A stretch of 63,923 nucleotides of DNA, filler included, from a candidate division TA06 bacterium SM23_40 (GTDB taxonomy: Bacteria; LJUI01; SM1-40), in assembly GCA_001303705.1 (NCBI GenBank). It is 4 parts of 4 records of this genome, joined end to end, with 100 filler letters (N's around TTAATTAATTAA, not from the genome) between each part and the next. Parts side by side here need not be neighbours in the genome. Positions count along the whole stretch, not along the records: positions 25,244 to 32,972 come from LJUI01000121.1; positions 33,073 to 58,595 come from LJUI01000020.1; 2 more parts are not named here. One strand, 5' to 3'. The position numbers were made by a program, and so were the translations under genes. The first letter of the stretch is position 1. Each line of letters begins with the position of its first letter. Below are positions 26,933-36,611 of this stretch, piece by piece. Under the pieces are notes generated by a model. That model searched no databases. It worked only from the letters and a program-made list of their open reading frames with translations, and was not told the origin of the DNA.

Positions 26933-29008
26933 CTATCGCAGAATGACCATACGCCTCGTTTCTATGAACTCGCCTGCCTCCAGCCGGCAGAAATAGACGC
27001 CACTCCCCACTCTCTGCCCTCGCCCGTCTCGACCATTCCACACCAACCTATGGCGCCCCGCAGAGAGCGTCCCACTCACCAGTTCACGCACCAGCGCCCC
27101 ACGCACGTCATAGATGGCGATGCTCACAGGCGCGTTCCCCACCAATGAGTACGCGATCATCGTCGTAGAACGGAATGGATTCGGGTAGTTCTGCGCGAGG
27201 TATTGTGACAGAGGGCGGAGCACGTCCTCATCTCCTTCCTCTACGCCCACAACATCGGTAACGGTAATGTCTGTCTGCTCGGTATCAGCCTGCGCCGGGA
27301 AGACGTGATCCATGGCGATGAACGTCACCGTGTACAGGCCCGCCTGCTCATACGTCGGCGTCCATTCGAACACACCGGTCACCGGGTCCAGAGTGGCGCC
27401 GTCCGGCAGGTCAGGCGATGAGAACGAAATGCTATCACCGTCCGGATCGCTCGCTTCCAGGGTGAATGTCAGATACTCGTCCTCCGCTATCGTCGTATCG
27501 GGTTGGTCCGCCAGATCCGGCGCGCGATTCAGGTTCCCGACGGTGATATGAGTCCGTTCAGTGTCAGTCAGGGCAGGAACGGCCCAGTCAGTGGCGATGA
27601 AGGTGACGGTGTAGAGACCCGACTGGACGAATGTCGGAGTCCACTCAAATACCCCTGTCGTCGCGTCCAGCGTGGCTCCTGCCGGCAGCTCGGGCGACGA
27701 GTACGAGATATCGTCACCATCCGGGTCGCTCGCCACGAGAGTGAAGGTCAGATACTGATTCTCGACAACCATGGTGTCAGTCTGATCGACGAGATCTGGT
27801 GCGTGGTTCACCGGGTAGTGATACCCCATGTCCGTGGGCCACGTATCAACGAGCCGATCGGTCCTCGTGGTGCCGTCGCGCGGGGCCGAAACCGGATCGC
27901 CGGCATTGACGCAGGGGCTCTGCTCGGGTTGACCGGCAAGGAGCTGACTCAGGCAGTAGTCCCCGGGCGGACCGGGGACGAAGAGCGGATCCGCATCTCT
28001 ATTTCCCTGGCCTGGCCACCCGCCCTCGACATCTGAGTAGGTCACAGTGAGGACAGAATCGGGGAACAGATATATCTCCGGGTGGATATCAGCGCTGTCG
28101 CCCCAGAGGATCGAGTTTGTGACCGTCGCCCAGGAATCCTGAGTGCTTATCCCGCCACCGGCAAGGGCCGTATTGCCCGTTAGAGTATTGCCGTCGATCA
28201 GCGGCCCCGAGTGCGTCAGATAGATGCCGCCGCCGGTGCCACCACTGTTCATGGCGATGAGATTGCCCAGAATGTACGGAAGAATCGATGCGTTGCAGCA
28301 GATGCCGCCCCCTCCGCCATACCCGGCGATGTTCGCTGTGATCTCGTTACCTTCGATCGTCGGAGACGCCCCCTTGGTGCAGATTCCGGCACCTGAGTAG
28401 GCTCTGTTCCCGGAGATCTCATTCCACGCGATCGTCGACCGTGAGTGGAAATAGCAGTAGATCCCCCCACCGTCCCACTCGGCCTCATTACCGGTGATGG
28501 TGTTGCGCGAGATCGTCGCGAGAGAATAGTCGCCGCAGTAGATCCCCCCGCCCCAGGTGGCCACATTGCCCCTTATCACGTTATCGACGATCATGGGAGA
28601 CGAGAGCTCGCACAGAATCCCGCCTCCCTCTTCTGCGTACCCGCCCTGGATCGTGAACCCCCGGACGACCGAGGCGGAATCCTCGCCGCTCTGGAAGTGG
28701 AACCCCCGGTGAGGATCCAGCTCGCTCCCCTCGCAGTCGATGATCGTCGCCCGCGGCCCGGTCTCGGACATCACCACGACCGCCTTGCCGCCGAAATCGA
28801 TATCTCGGTTTCCACGGCCGGTGTACATGCCATCTGACACCAGCACCGTATCGCCGCCCGCGGCCGCGTCGATCGCTGCCTGAATCCTTCGGTACTGCGT
28901 GGGGACGTACCAGGTCGTCGCCGCTGCGCTCATCGCAAGCGCAAACGCCAAAGCGGCGCACAACCCCGCCGCCCTCGCTCTCGTGGTATGCAATACTGCC
29001 TGTCTCAT
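26933..29008 (-). CDS. Exported beta-helix protein with 2 cadherin/Ig-like repeats and FlgD-Ig/T9SS-like CTD
   Basis: GGGIxC beta-helix; N(H/R)APDLxDQ..DPDGD..LPxGATLD..TGVFEWTP x2; QNYPNPF...IYDVRG...WNGRD...GSGVYFCRL; start uncertain. Confidence 0.88.
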   Translation of the reverse strand: MRQAVLHTTRARAAGLCAALAFALAMSAAATTWYVPTQYRRIQAAIDAAAGGDTVLVSDGMYTGRGNRDIDFGGKAVVVMSETGPRATIIDCEGSELDPHRGFHFQSGEDSASVVRGFTIQGGYAEEGGGILCELSSPMIVDNVIRGNVATWGGGIYCGDYSLATISRNTITGNEAEWDGGGIYCYFHSRSTIAWNEISGNRAYSGAGICTKGASPTIEGNEITANIAGYGGGGGICCNASILPYILGNLIAMNSGGTGGGIYLTHSGPLIDGNTLTGNTALAGGGISTQDSWATVTNSILWGDSADIHPEIYLFPDSVLTVTYSDVEGGWPGQGNRDADPLFVPGPPGDYCLSQLLAGQPEQSPCVNAGDPVSAPRDGTTRTDRLVDTWPTDMGYHYPVNHAPDLVDQTDTMVVENQYLTFTLVASDPDGDDISYSSPELPAGATLDATTGVFEWTPTFVQSGLYTVTFIATDWAVPALTDTERTHITVGNLNRAPDLADQPDTTIAEDEYLTFTLEASDPDGDSISFSSPDLPDGATLDPVTGVFEWTPTYEQAGLYTVTFIAMDHVFPAQADTEQTDITVTDVVGVEEGDEDVLRPLSQYLAQNYPNPFRSTTMIAYSLVGNAPVSIAIYDVRGALVRELVSGTLSAGRHRLVWNGRDGRGQRVGSGVYFCRLEAGEFIETRRMVILR

Positions 29009-29044
29009 TTCTCTCTCGGACGGTACTCCGGCTCTCTCAGACGG

Positions 29045-29290
29045 CATCTCCGTCCCTTGGCTGGTATCTCCGTTCCCCGGATCGCGTCCAGTCCCCTGGC
29101 TGGTATCTCCGTCCCTCGGATCGTGTCCGGTCCCCTGGATGGTATCTCCGTCCCCCGGATCGTGTCCGGTCCCTTGAATGGTGTCCCCGTCCCCGGATCG
29201 TGTCCCCGTCCCTTGGACGGCCTCTCCGAACCTTGGATCGTGTCCCCGTCCCTTGGACGGCCTCTGCGTTCCTTAGACGGTGTCTAGGTT
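29045..29290. repeat. Degenerate 19-20-nt tandem repeat (~39-nt dimers), ~12 monomers
   Basis: Alternating units GTATCTCCGTCCCCCGGATC and GTGTCCGGTCCCCTGGATG. Confidence 0.88.
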
Positions 29291-29546
29291 CCCTCCTCTC
29301 ACGTCCTTCACCTCTCGGGCCGTCCCCAGGGCGTTGTCCGCAAGGCACACCCCCGAAGTCCCTCTGTCTCGACAGCCTGATCCTTAGCCCACAGAGGGCC
29401 GGCCCCATAGCCTCGAGACGATCCATACATGGCCCCCGTGGACAGCCTGGCGACAGCCTCGTCGGCAGCCTGCTTGGCACCCTGCTGGGCAGGCCGCGGG
29501 TCATATTTTGATCAATTATACCACAACTCTGCCCGGATGATAACCA

Positions 29547-32500
29547 CTATTTGAGAACGATCATCCGCCTCGTCTGTCTGAACTCACCGGCCTGGAGCCG
29601 GCAGAAGTAGATGCCGCTCCCCACCCTGCGCCCGCGGTCATCCCGTCCGTCCCAGGCGGCCCGATGATGGCCCGCAGGTATGTTCTCGTCCACCAACCTC
29701 CGCACCAGGGCCCCGCGGACGTCGTAGATGTCCACCCGGACGTGTGCCGGGGCCAAGAGCCCATACCGAATTGTCGTCCCCGCCCCGAACGGGTTCGGGA
29801 AGTTCTGCGCGAGATACCGGGACAGCGGCAGAGCCGGTTCCTCGTACTCCCCGGTGACGCCGACCACATCGGTCACCGAGATGTCGGTCTGCTCCGTATC
29901 GGCGAGCGCGGGTGATCCATTGTCGGTCGCAATGAACGTCACCGTGTACACTCCGGCCTGCGCGTAGGTGGGTGTCCATTCGAAGAGCCCGGTGACCGCA
30001 TCGAGCACCGCCCCCTCGGGCAAATCCCGAGAAGAGAACGAGATGGTGTCCTCATCCGGATCATCCGCCACGAGCGTGAACGCCAGATGCTGATTCTCCG
30101 CCGTCGTCGTGTCGGCCTGATCGACAAGATCTGGCGGGCGGTTCACATCCCCTACGATGATGCGGGTCCACTCCGTATCGGCCAGCGCGGGACTGCCGTT
30201 GTCCGTAGCTATGAAGACAGCTATGTGGTTGCCCGACTGACCGTAGTTGGGAGTCCATTCGAAGACGCCCGTTTCCCCATCGAGTGTCGCACCCTGCGGC
30301 AGATGGGGAGATGAGAAGATGATGCTATCTCCGTCCGGGTCCTCCGCCTCCAACGTGAACGTCAGATACTGGTTCTCAACGATAGTCGTATCTGGTTGAT
30401 CGAACAGGTCAGGAGGCCGATTCACATCCCCCACTGTGATGAGCGTCTGCTCGGTGTCCGCCAGCGCAGGACTCCCGTTGTCTGTGGCAATGAACATGGT
30501 CAGGTAGTTGCCCGACTGACCCCAGTCGGGAGTCCACTGGAACACGCCCGACACCGGGTTGAGCGTGGCCCCCGGAGGAAGATTCGGAGACGAGAAGACG
30601 ATGCTATCTCCATCCGGGTCCTCCGCCTCCAACGTGAACGTGAGATACTGGTTCTCGGCGACGACCGTGTCCGGTTGGTCGAACAGATCAGGAGGCCGGT
30701 TCACATCGAGAACTGTGATATACGTGACCTCCGTGTCCGCCAACGCCGGACTCCCGTTGTCGGTCGCGATGAAGCCCACCATGTGGATGCCCGACTGTTC
30801 ATACCCGGGTGTCCATTGGAACACACCCGTCACCGAGTTGAGCGTGGCCCCGGGAGGGAGATTCGGAGACGAGTAGGAGATGAGATCCGTATCAGGATCG
30901 GTCGCGACCAGCGTGAACGTGAGATACTGGTTCTCCACAACCGTCGTATCTGCCTGATCCAGGAGGTCGGGAGGCCGGTTCACATCGAGGACCGTGATGT
31001 TCGTCTGCTCGGTATCCGCCAGCGCCGGACTCCCGTTGTCCGTGCCGATGAACGTGACCGTGTGGATGCCTGCCTGCGCGTAGGAAGGTGTCCACTGGAA
31101 CACTCCCGTCACCGAGTTGAGGGTCGCCCCTGCAGGGAGATTCGGAGATGAGAACGTGACAACGTCAGTATCGGGATCGGTAGCCTCGAGTGTGAAGGTC
31201 AGATACTGCGTCTCGGTGACGGTCGTGTCCGCCTGATCTATCAGATTCGGCGGGCGATTCAGGTCCAGTACGGTGATGACCGTCAGCTCCGTGTCAGCCT
31301 GCGCATACGGGGAGTTATCGGTAGCGATGAACGCGGTCTGATAGACTCCTGCCTGGGCATAGGTCGGGGTCCACTGGAAGACTCCTGTCACCGGGTTGAG
31401 CGTAGCCCCGTTCGGAAGATTCGGGGACGAGAAGGTAATGTCGTCGCCATCCGGATCGGTGGCCGTCAGCGTGAACGTAAGGTATTGCGTCTCGGTGATC
31501 GTCGTGTCCGGTTGATCCACGAGGTCTGGCGGACGGTCCCACGCGTAGTGATAGCCCATGTCAACCGGCCACTCGTCTGGGTGTCCGTCTGTTCGCGTTG
31601 TGGCTTCGGGCACGAGCGAGGCAGGATCGCCTGCGTCGACGCATGGACTCTGCTGGCGGAACAACGTCGTGGTCTGCTCCAGATAGTGGTCCCCTAACGG
31701 ACCACCCACGAAAAGCGGATTCTGATTGATGTTCCCTGTCCCCCACCAACCTCCCTCGACATCGCAGTAGGTGACGTGGAGCGAATCGGAGCCTCCGATG
31801 AATATCTGGGGACCGAAGGCAGCGCTGTTGTCCCAGAGGATGGAATTCTTGACGGTTCCCCAGGAGTTGTACCCGACGATACCGCCACCATACCAGTCCG
31901 CCGAGTTACCCGTGATCGTGTTGCCTACGATGCCCGGCGCCTCCTCGTAGCAGTATATCCCCCCGCCCTCTCCGTTGCACCAATTACCCATAATCAGATT
32001 GCCTTCGATAATCGACGAAGACCACTCGCAATATATGCCGCCCCCCTGGCCCAGATCGCTGTAGGCCTCGTTCTCCGTGATCGTGTTGCCTCTGATCGTT
32101 GCGTCACTCCCATCGATGCAGGCGATCCCCCCACCGACCCAGGCGGTATTCCCCCTGATCGCGTTGCCCTCGATTGTGGCCCAATAGGATTCGGCACAAC
32201 AGATCGCGCCGCCATAATTGGCGAAGTTGCCAGTGAGACGGTTGCCCCGTATCGTCGGGGAGGCGGCTACACAGAATATGGCACCCCCGTAGGAGCCTGG
32301 AGAGCCCATGTATCCGTTCTTGATCGTGAAACCCTGAAGCACCGAGGTGGAATCCTCGCTCGAGTCGAACAGGAACCCACGGTGATGTACCTGCGGGGTC
32401 CCCTGACAGTCGATGGTAGTCGCCTGCGGGCCGTTCTCCGACGTCACCAGAATCTTCTTTCCATAGAAATGGATGTCCCGGTTCCCGGTCCCGGTGTAGG

Positions 32501-32657
32501 TGCCGTCCGCCACCAACACCGTATCTCCGTTGACAGCGGCATTGATCCCGGCCTGGATCGTCGAATACTGGCTCGGCACGCGCCGAACCGTCGCCCAGGC
32601 GCTCCCGCAGATGCCGATCACCAATACAACACACAGACAGATGAATACCGTCCTCAT
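29547..32657 (-). CDS. Large exported beta-helix protein with 6 cadherin/Ig-like 93-aa repeats and FlgD-Ig/T9SS-like CTD
   Basis: Signal peptide; beta-helix; six (N/D)RPPDLxDQxDT repeats at 279-nt period; QNFPNPF...GSGIYFCRL; paralogue of 26933..29008. Confidence 0.92.
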   Translation of the reverse strand: MRTVFICLCVVLVIGICGSAWATVRRVPSQYSTIQAGINAAVNGDTVLVADGTYTGTGNRDIHFYGKKILVTSENGPQATTIDCQGTPQVHHRGFLFDSSEDSTSVLQGFTIKNGYMGSPGSYGGAIFCVAASPTIRGNRLTGNFANYGGAICCAESYWATIEGNAIRGNTAWVGGGIACIDGSDATIRGNTITENEAYSDLGQGGGIYCEWSSSIIEGNLIMGNWCNGEGGGIYCYEEAPGIVGNTITGNSADWYGGGIVGYNSWGTVKNSILWDNSAAFGPQIFIGGSDSLHVTYCDVEGGWWGTGNINQNPLFVGGPLGDHYLEQTTTLFRQQSPCVDAGDPASLVPEATTRTDGHPDEWPVDMGYHYAWDRPPDLVDQPDTTITETQYLTFTLTATDPDGDDITFSSPNLPNGATLNPVTGVFQWTPTYAQAGVYQTAFIATDNSPYAQADTELTVITVLDLNRPPNLIDQADTTVTETQYLTFTLEATDPDTDVVTFSSPNLPAGATLNSVTGVFQWTPSYAQAGIHTVTFIGTDNGSPALADTEQTNITVLDVNRPPDLLDQADTTVVENQYLTFTLVATDPDTDLISYSSPNLPPGATLNSVTGVFQWTPGYEQSGIHMVGFIATDNGSPALADTEVTYITVLDVNRPPDLFDQPDTVVAENQYLTFTLEAEDPDGDSIVFSSPNLPPGATLNPVSGVFQWTPDWGQSGNYLTMFIATDNGSPALADTEQTLITVGDVNRPPDLFDQPDTTIVENQYLTFTLEAEDPDGDSIIFSSPHLPQGATLDGETGVFEWTPNYGQSGNHIAVFIATDNGSPALADTEWTRIIVGDVNRPPDLVDQADTTTAENQHLAFTLVADDPDEDTISFSSRDLPEGAVLDAVTGLFEWTPTYAQAGVYTVTFIATDNGSPALADTEQTDISVTDVVGVTGEYEEPALPLSRYLAQNFPNPFGAGTTIRYGLLAPAHVRVDIYDVRGALVRRLVDENIPAGHHRAAWDGRDDRGRRVGSGIYFCRLQAGEFRQTRRMIVLK

Positions 32658-32726
32658 GTTACCCTCCTCACGTCGATATCCCGATGCCCCAGTAAAACCC
32701 GGAGTATCGAACCTCCTCCCATTCCG

Positions 32727-32798
32727 CCGGGGACGTACCCTGGAAATGAAGGTTATTCGGTCGCCCCCGGGGACGTACCTTAGAAATGAAGGTTATTC
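32727..32798 (-). promoter_or_regulatory. Two 32-bp direct repeats (40-bp period), each resembling an ECF-sigma promoter
   Basis: Minus strand GAATAACCTTCATTTC(TAA/CAG)GGTACGTCCCCGG = AAC-N16-CGTC, upstream of the 1036-aa gene. Confidence 0.5.
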
Positions 32799-32972
32799 CG
32801 TTCGGCTGACGGGCGGCCTTGAAGCTTACGGCCCACATCTTCTCCCCGGACGTTCGTAGCTTCTATAGGCTAGGAGCGAAATCCTCGCGGGGAGATTGGC
32901 AGGTTCTGTCGGTTGCGAGCGAAATCCTCACGCGAAGGTCGATAACACCGTAGGTTGCGTCCTGACGTCCTC

Positions 32973-33072
32973 NNNNNNNNNNNNNNNNNNNNNNNNNNNN
33001 NNNNNNNNNNNNNNNNTTAATTAATTAANNNNNNNNNNNNNNNNNNNNNNNNNNNNNNNNNNNNNNNNNNNN
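32973..33072. other. Artificial contig linker
   Basis: N44-TTAATTAATTAA-N44. Confidence 0.98.
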
Positions 33073-33088
33073 GCCCTCTCCGCTGAAT

Positions 33089-33928
33089 ATGGAGGACGGG
33101 AGGGAGATCATCATCTCCTTCACTCGCGATGACAGGTACTCTCTCGTTCCTGTCACCGTCGAGAACGGTGAGCCGCTCGACTACCGGAGCAACCAGTGGT
33201 ATGGGAAGGGGAGGCAGCTCGAGGTCGACTCGCTCGACTTCCCGACTTTGGCGCGGACTGGACTCCACTCCGAGGCGGAGCTCGATCGGACGGAGACGAT
33301 CACGGGTGTGCCGGTTGCAGAGATCACGCGGATCGGGCGCCCGGAGGCGTACTCCACTGCCGGATTCATGAGCCGGGACGAGGAGATCGTATCTGTTCTC
33401 CGGGGCGACAACGGACTGGTGAGGCAACTCGGGCTTACTCACCCGCAGTGCGCCAGGCCGCTCTTCCACGTCTTCAACCTGATCCTGGCGGGAAGGCGAG
33501 ACTCTGAACGGGCGAATGTAGGAGGCATCCTGTATAACGGAAGGAGGGTGCACTTGGACTTCTGGGGCTCCAAGGGCTGGCAGGAATCGATCTTCGATGA
33601 TGAGATTCTCGGGTACTGGGAGATCGAGATGCGGAGAGAGCTCGATCAAGAGGAGAAGGCCTTTCTCTCCAGCCGATATTCGCACCTGAGCGAAGGTGAG
33701 ATGGCTGAGTTGACAGAGAAGCTCGCCCACATCCATACAGGGGAGATGGTGCCCTTCTACATCATGCGATATGGGTTCTACGAGGGGCACACTTCGTATC
33801 GTGCCGACCCGATAGCCGTCGCGTCTATCTTTGGCCTGAGAAGCATTCGGGAGATCGAATCCGCCTTCGAGGGCAGGCTGTATGAGGTCCTGACGCATCA
33901 CTTCCCCGGAGAGAAGGGCGGAGAGTAG
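33089..33928 (+). CDS. Hypothetical protein, probably 5' truncated by contig start
   Basis: Long ORF open to the contig edge; motifs LGLTHPQCARPL, GWQESIF, YGFYEGHTSYRADP; family not recognised. Confidence 0.7.
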   Translation: MEDGREIIISFTRDDRYSLVPVTVENGEPLDYRSNQWYGKGRQLEVDSLDFPTLARTGLHSEAELDRTETITGVPVAEITRIGRPEAYSTAGFMSRDEEIVSVLRGDNGLVRQLGLTHPQCARPLFHVFNLILAGRRDSERANVGGILYNGRRVHLDFWGSKGWQESIFDDEILGYWEIEMRRELDQEEKAFLSSRYSHLSEGEMAELTEKLAHIHTGEMVPFYIMRYGFYEGHTSYRADPIAVASIFGLRSIREIESAFEGRLYEVLTHHFPGEKGGE

Positions 33929-34075
33929 TCTTGTGTGGCTGGCGGCGGACGTCGGCTTGTGGCGAGAGCAGATGACGGGCGCGGCTGCTGGCGTACAGAG
34001 AAGGCGCAGGCGGGTGCTGTGCGGTGCCGCGCTCGTTCCCGCGGGTCCCCGCGAGATTGGCCGTGGCGCCATCCC

Positions 34076-34283
34076 TGCGGCTCGTGCGGTCAGAGGGGAG
34101 GATGGGGCTGCTCTGGAAGAGATGCTCGGACTGAAGGCTGAGCTGATCGAGGGAGACGACGGGATCTTCGATGTAGCTGTCGACGGAGATGTCGTCTTCT
34201 CGAAGCAGGAGCGCGGGGAGTTCATCAGCACATCGGAGATCGTTGAACTCGTAAGGGTGCGCGCGCAGGCGCTGGAGACCTGA
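34076..34283 (+). pseudogene. Rdx/SelW-family remnant lacking an in-frame CxxU/CxxC N-terminus
   Basis: AALEEMLGLKAELIEGDDGIFDVAVDGDVVFSKQERGEF is the Rdx C-terminal half; a CGSC lies just upstream in another frame (34076-34087). Confidence 0.6.
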
Positions 34284-34498
34284 CGGTCTTCCAGTCGATG
34301 GCTGAGGCTACTTCGCTCAGGTCATCAGCAACTGCAATCTGCGGGTGTGGCGGTGGCGCCAGCTGTAGGAAGTCGGCCTCCGGGCGTGTGCCTGTCGGGG
34401 CGCGCAGTCGCGGCTTGTGCGCCATCGGCCGGGCCGCGCGATCCGGAAGGAGCAGTTACGTGAGAATGATTCACAGAGGCCATCGGAAGAGTGGGCGA

Positions 34499-35719
34499 AT
34501 GCGCCGGTCTGTAGAAATCGCGCTCTGGGTCACGGTTCTCGTCATTGTTGCTCTCGGCTGCAGAGAAGGTCCTGCCGGTCCGGAGGGGGACGACGAGACC
34601 GGCGAGCGCACTCCTCGCCTTGCCCTCTGGCTCGCAAAGAAGGATGAGCTCATTGCGCATGACAGCGCTCGCTTCGATCTGGTGATGTCTGCGTGGTTCG
34701 AGCCCGATGAGGCCGAGTCGATCCGATCCCGTCATCCATCGGCGAAGCTGCTCGCCGGACTCACATTGACCTGGGTCTCCAGCTCAGAAGAGTGGCTGAA
34801 CTTCCTCGTGACTGTCGCCAACGGCGGGGATCCGGACGGTCCGTTGCAGGTCACGGATGACATGTACCTGATGTTCGACGACAACCAGGATCTGATCCTC
34901 GATCGCCGCTGCTCCCCGCCGGGCTGGGAGGGAGAGATCTACGCGATGGACCCACGGCACTCTGGATGGCAGGATCTCATTCTGTCGTTCTACGAGATAG
35001 TTGGCGACCAGCCGCAGCACGATGGCGTGATCGTCGACATGCTGGATGCCTACTCCTTCTGCGAAGGGGCGTGGTCAGGGGGCGTGCCCGTTCCTCTCGA
35101 TTCGGAAGCATGGGTCCTCGGACAGGAGGAGCTTCTAGAGGCGGTGAGGTCAGCTGTCCCGGGGGAGAAGTGGGTTGTCGCGAATGCCGGCCGCGATCTG
35201 CCGGAGGGGTCACCATTTCCACAGTACCTCAACGGGTATCTACTGGAGAATGCCCTCGGGACGCTCTTCGGCCTGGAGAATGTCGAGGGGCTGCTTGCAT
35301 CAGCTTCCAGGGCGCTCCAGAGCACGAATGCTCCTCACATTGTCGTGTACGCCGTCGATACCGATGATACCGGGGAGATGGACCTGCCCCGGTTGCGTGT
35401 GGGACTCGTCGCGAGCCTTCTACTGGATCACACGTATTTCGCTTTCGACTATGGGCCGCGGGATCACGGTGGGGTGACCGGGTGGTGGTTCCCCCAGTAC
35501 TATGACGTGGAACTCGGGGATCCTCTCGGTTCCTATTATCAGGACGACGGGGCCCTGTACCGGGATTTCCGTAGCGGTCTCGCGGTACTGGCCTCGGAGG
35601 AGTCGGTATCCGTATCCTTCGACGTCCCGCACATCGATATCGCTACGGGCGAGTCAGGCACGGAGTTCATGGTCCCGGCTGATGACGCACGGATCTTCCT
35701 CAGAGCAGAGAGCCAGTAA
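34499..35719 (+). CDS. Lipoprotein, putative TIM-barrel glycoside hydrolase (GHL15/PelA-like)
   Basis: Lipobox ALGC; MDPRHSGW, HDGVIVD, VVANAG, NGYLLE, WWFPQYYDVELGDPLG, YRDFRSGLAV. Confidence 0.65.
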   Translation: MRRSVEIALWVTVLVIVALGCREGPAGPEGDDETGERTPRLALWLAKKDELIAHDSARFDLVMSAWFEPDEAESIRSRHPSAKLLAGLTLTWVSSSEEWLNFLVTVANGGDPDGPLQVTDDMYLMFDDNQDLILDRRCSPPGWEGEIYAMDPRHSGWQDLILSFYEIVGDQPQHDGVIVDMLDAYSFCEGAWSGGVPVPLDSEAWVLGQEELLEAVRSAVPGEKWVVANAGRDLPEGSPFPQYLNGYLLENALGTLFGLENVEGLLASASRALQSTNAPHIVVYAVDTDDTGEMDLPRLRVGLVASLLLDHTYFAFDYGPRDHGGVTGWWFPQYYDVELGDPLGSYYQDDGALYRDFRSGLAVLASEESVSVSFDVPHIDIATGESGTEFMVPADDARIFLRAESQ

Positions 35720-35831
35720 GGCGACGTTACGTGACTCGCGCGTGCGTTCCATGCGCTGGTGGGTGCTGTCTGCGACCTGAGCGCGCCGCGGCCTATGGGC
35801 GCAGACCGACCGTCGGGTCGGAGGACGGGAT

Positions 35832-36116
35832 ATGAGACCCGGTCAGGGCATTCGGGAGTCTGTCCGGCGGTTCCGGAACGAGATCGGCATGTACCGCCGG
35901 GTGTTGGGCCATCCCCGGACGCCCAGAGCGGCAAAGTTCATCCTGGGTGCTGCTATCGCCTACGCGATGTCTCCGGTTGATCTGATCCCGGACTTCATTC
36001 CAGTGCTGGGCCATCTGGATGACATTGTCATCCTGCCTCTGCTGTTGTAGATCGCGTTGACGCTCATCCCGCGTGACGTAGTCGAGGAGGCGAGACGTTT
36101 CAGTAGAGAGAGATGA
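35832..36116 (+). pseudogene. YkvA/DUF1232 membrane protein with in-frame TAG at 36048-36050
   Basis: YAMSPVDLIPDFIPVLGHLDD signature; past the TAG the frame continues IALTLIPRDVVEEARR as expected for the family. Confidence 0.75.
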
Positions 36117-36201
36117 CTCGTCCGACCAGGGGACTGCTGGCGCGCACTGAACCGTGTGCCGGAGTCCCGTTGTCGGGCAGAGAACGAGGAGAAGTCAGGC
36201 C

Positions 36202-36477
36202 ATGAAGCTGAATGTGAGAGCGTTTGCGTTGACGTGCGGTCTGCTCTGGGGGCTGGGCCTGTTCGCCCTCACCTGGTGGATCATCGCTTTCGATGGTGCG
36301 ACGGGCGCCATCCCCTTTCTGGGCCATGTCTACCGCGGATACTGCATCTCGCCGCTCGGCAGCCTCATCGGGCTGGTCTGGGCTTTCTTTGATGGCATTA
36401 TCGGCGGGATGATATTCGCGTGGCTGTACAATGCATTTGCTCCGCGTCTGGGCTCACGCGTACCCGATGCGGCGTAG
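36202..36477 (+). CDS. Small membrane protein (holin-like/DUF5676-like family)
   Basis: MKLNVRAFALTCGLLWG...YRGY...GSLIGLVWAFFDG...FAWLYN; RBS GAGGAG. Confidence 0.75.
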   Translation: MKLNVRAFALTCGLLWGLGLFALTWWIIAFDGATGAIPFLGHVYRGYCISPLGSLIGLVWAFFDGIIGGMIFAWLYNAFAPRLGSRVPDAA

Positions 36478-36611
36478 TCGGGTACGCAACGAAGGCAGCG
36501 TCTCTAATCGATCGGCGCACGCAGCGGAGGGCGGACAGATAGAGCTCGTCTCCCGGATCAGGAGACGGCACGCTCGGCGATGCCTGATCCAGACGGTCAG
36601 GCCGGCAGGCC

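Noticed and set aside
26933-32657. Diversity-generating retroelement TR/VR pair among the repeated segments
   Set aside because: No reverse transcriptase; the repeats are in-frame protein domains, and no adenine-specific mismatch pattern was evident by eye.
34102-34134. MGLLWKRCSD-UGA, an apparent CxxU next to the Rdx remnant
   Set aside because: It overlaps the Rdx body in the wrong frame, the SD abuts the ATG, and another stop follows three codons later; coincidence.
36202-36477. Prophage inferred from the holin-like gene
   Set aside because: No endolysin, structural, integrase or other phage genes nearby.
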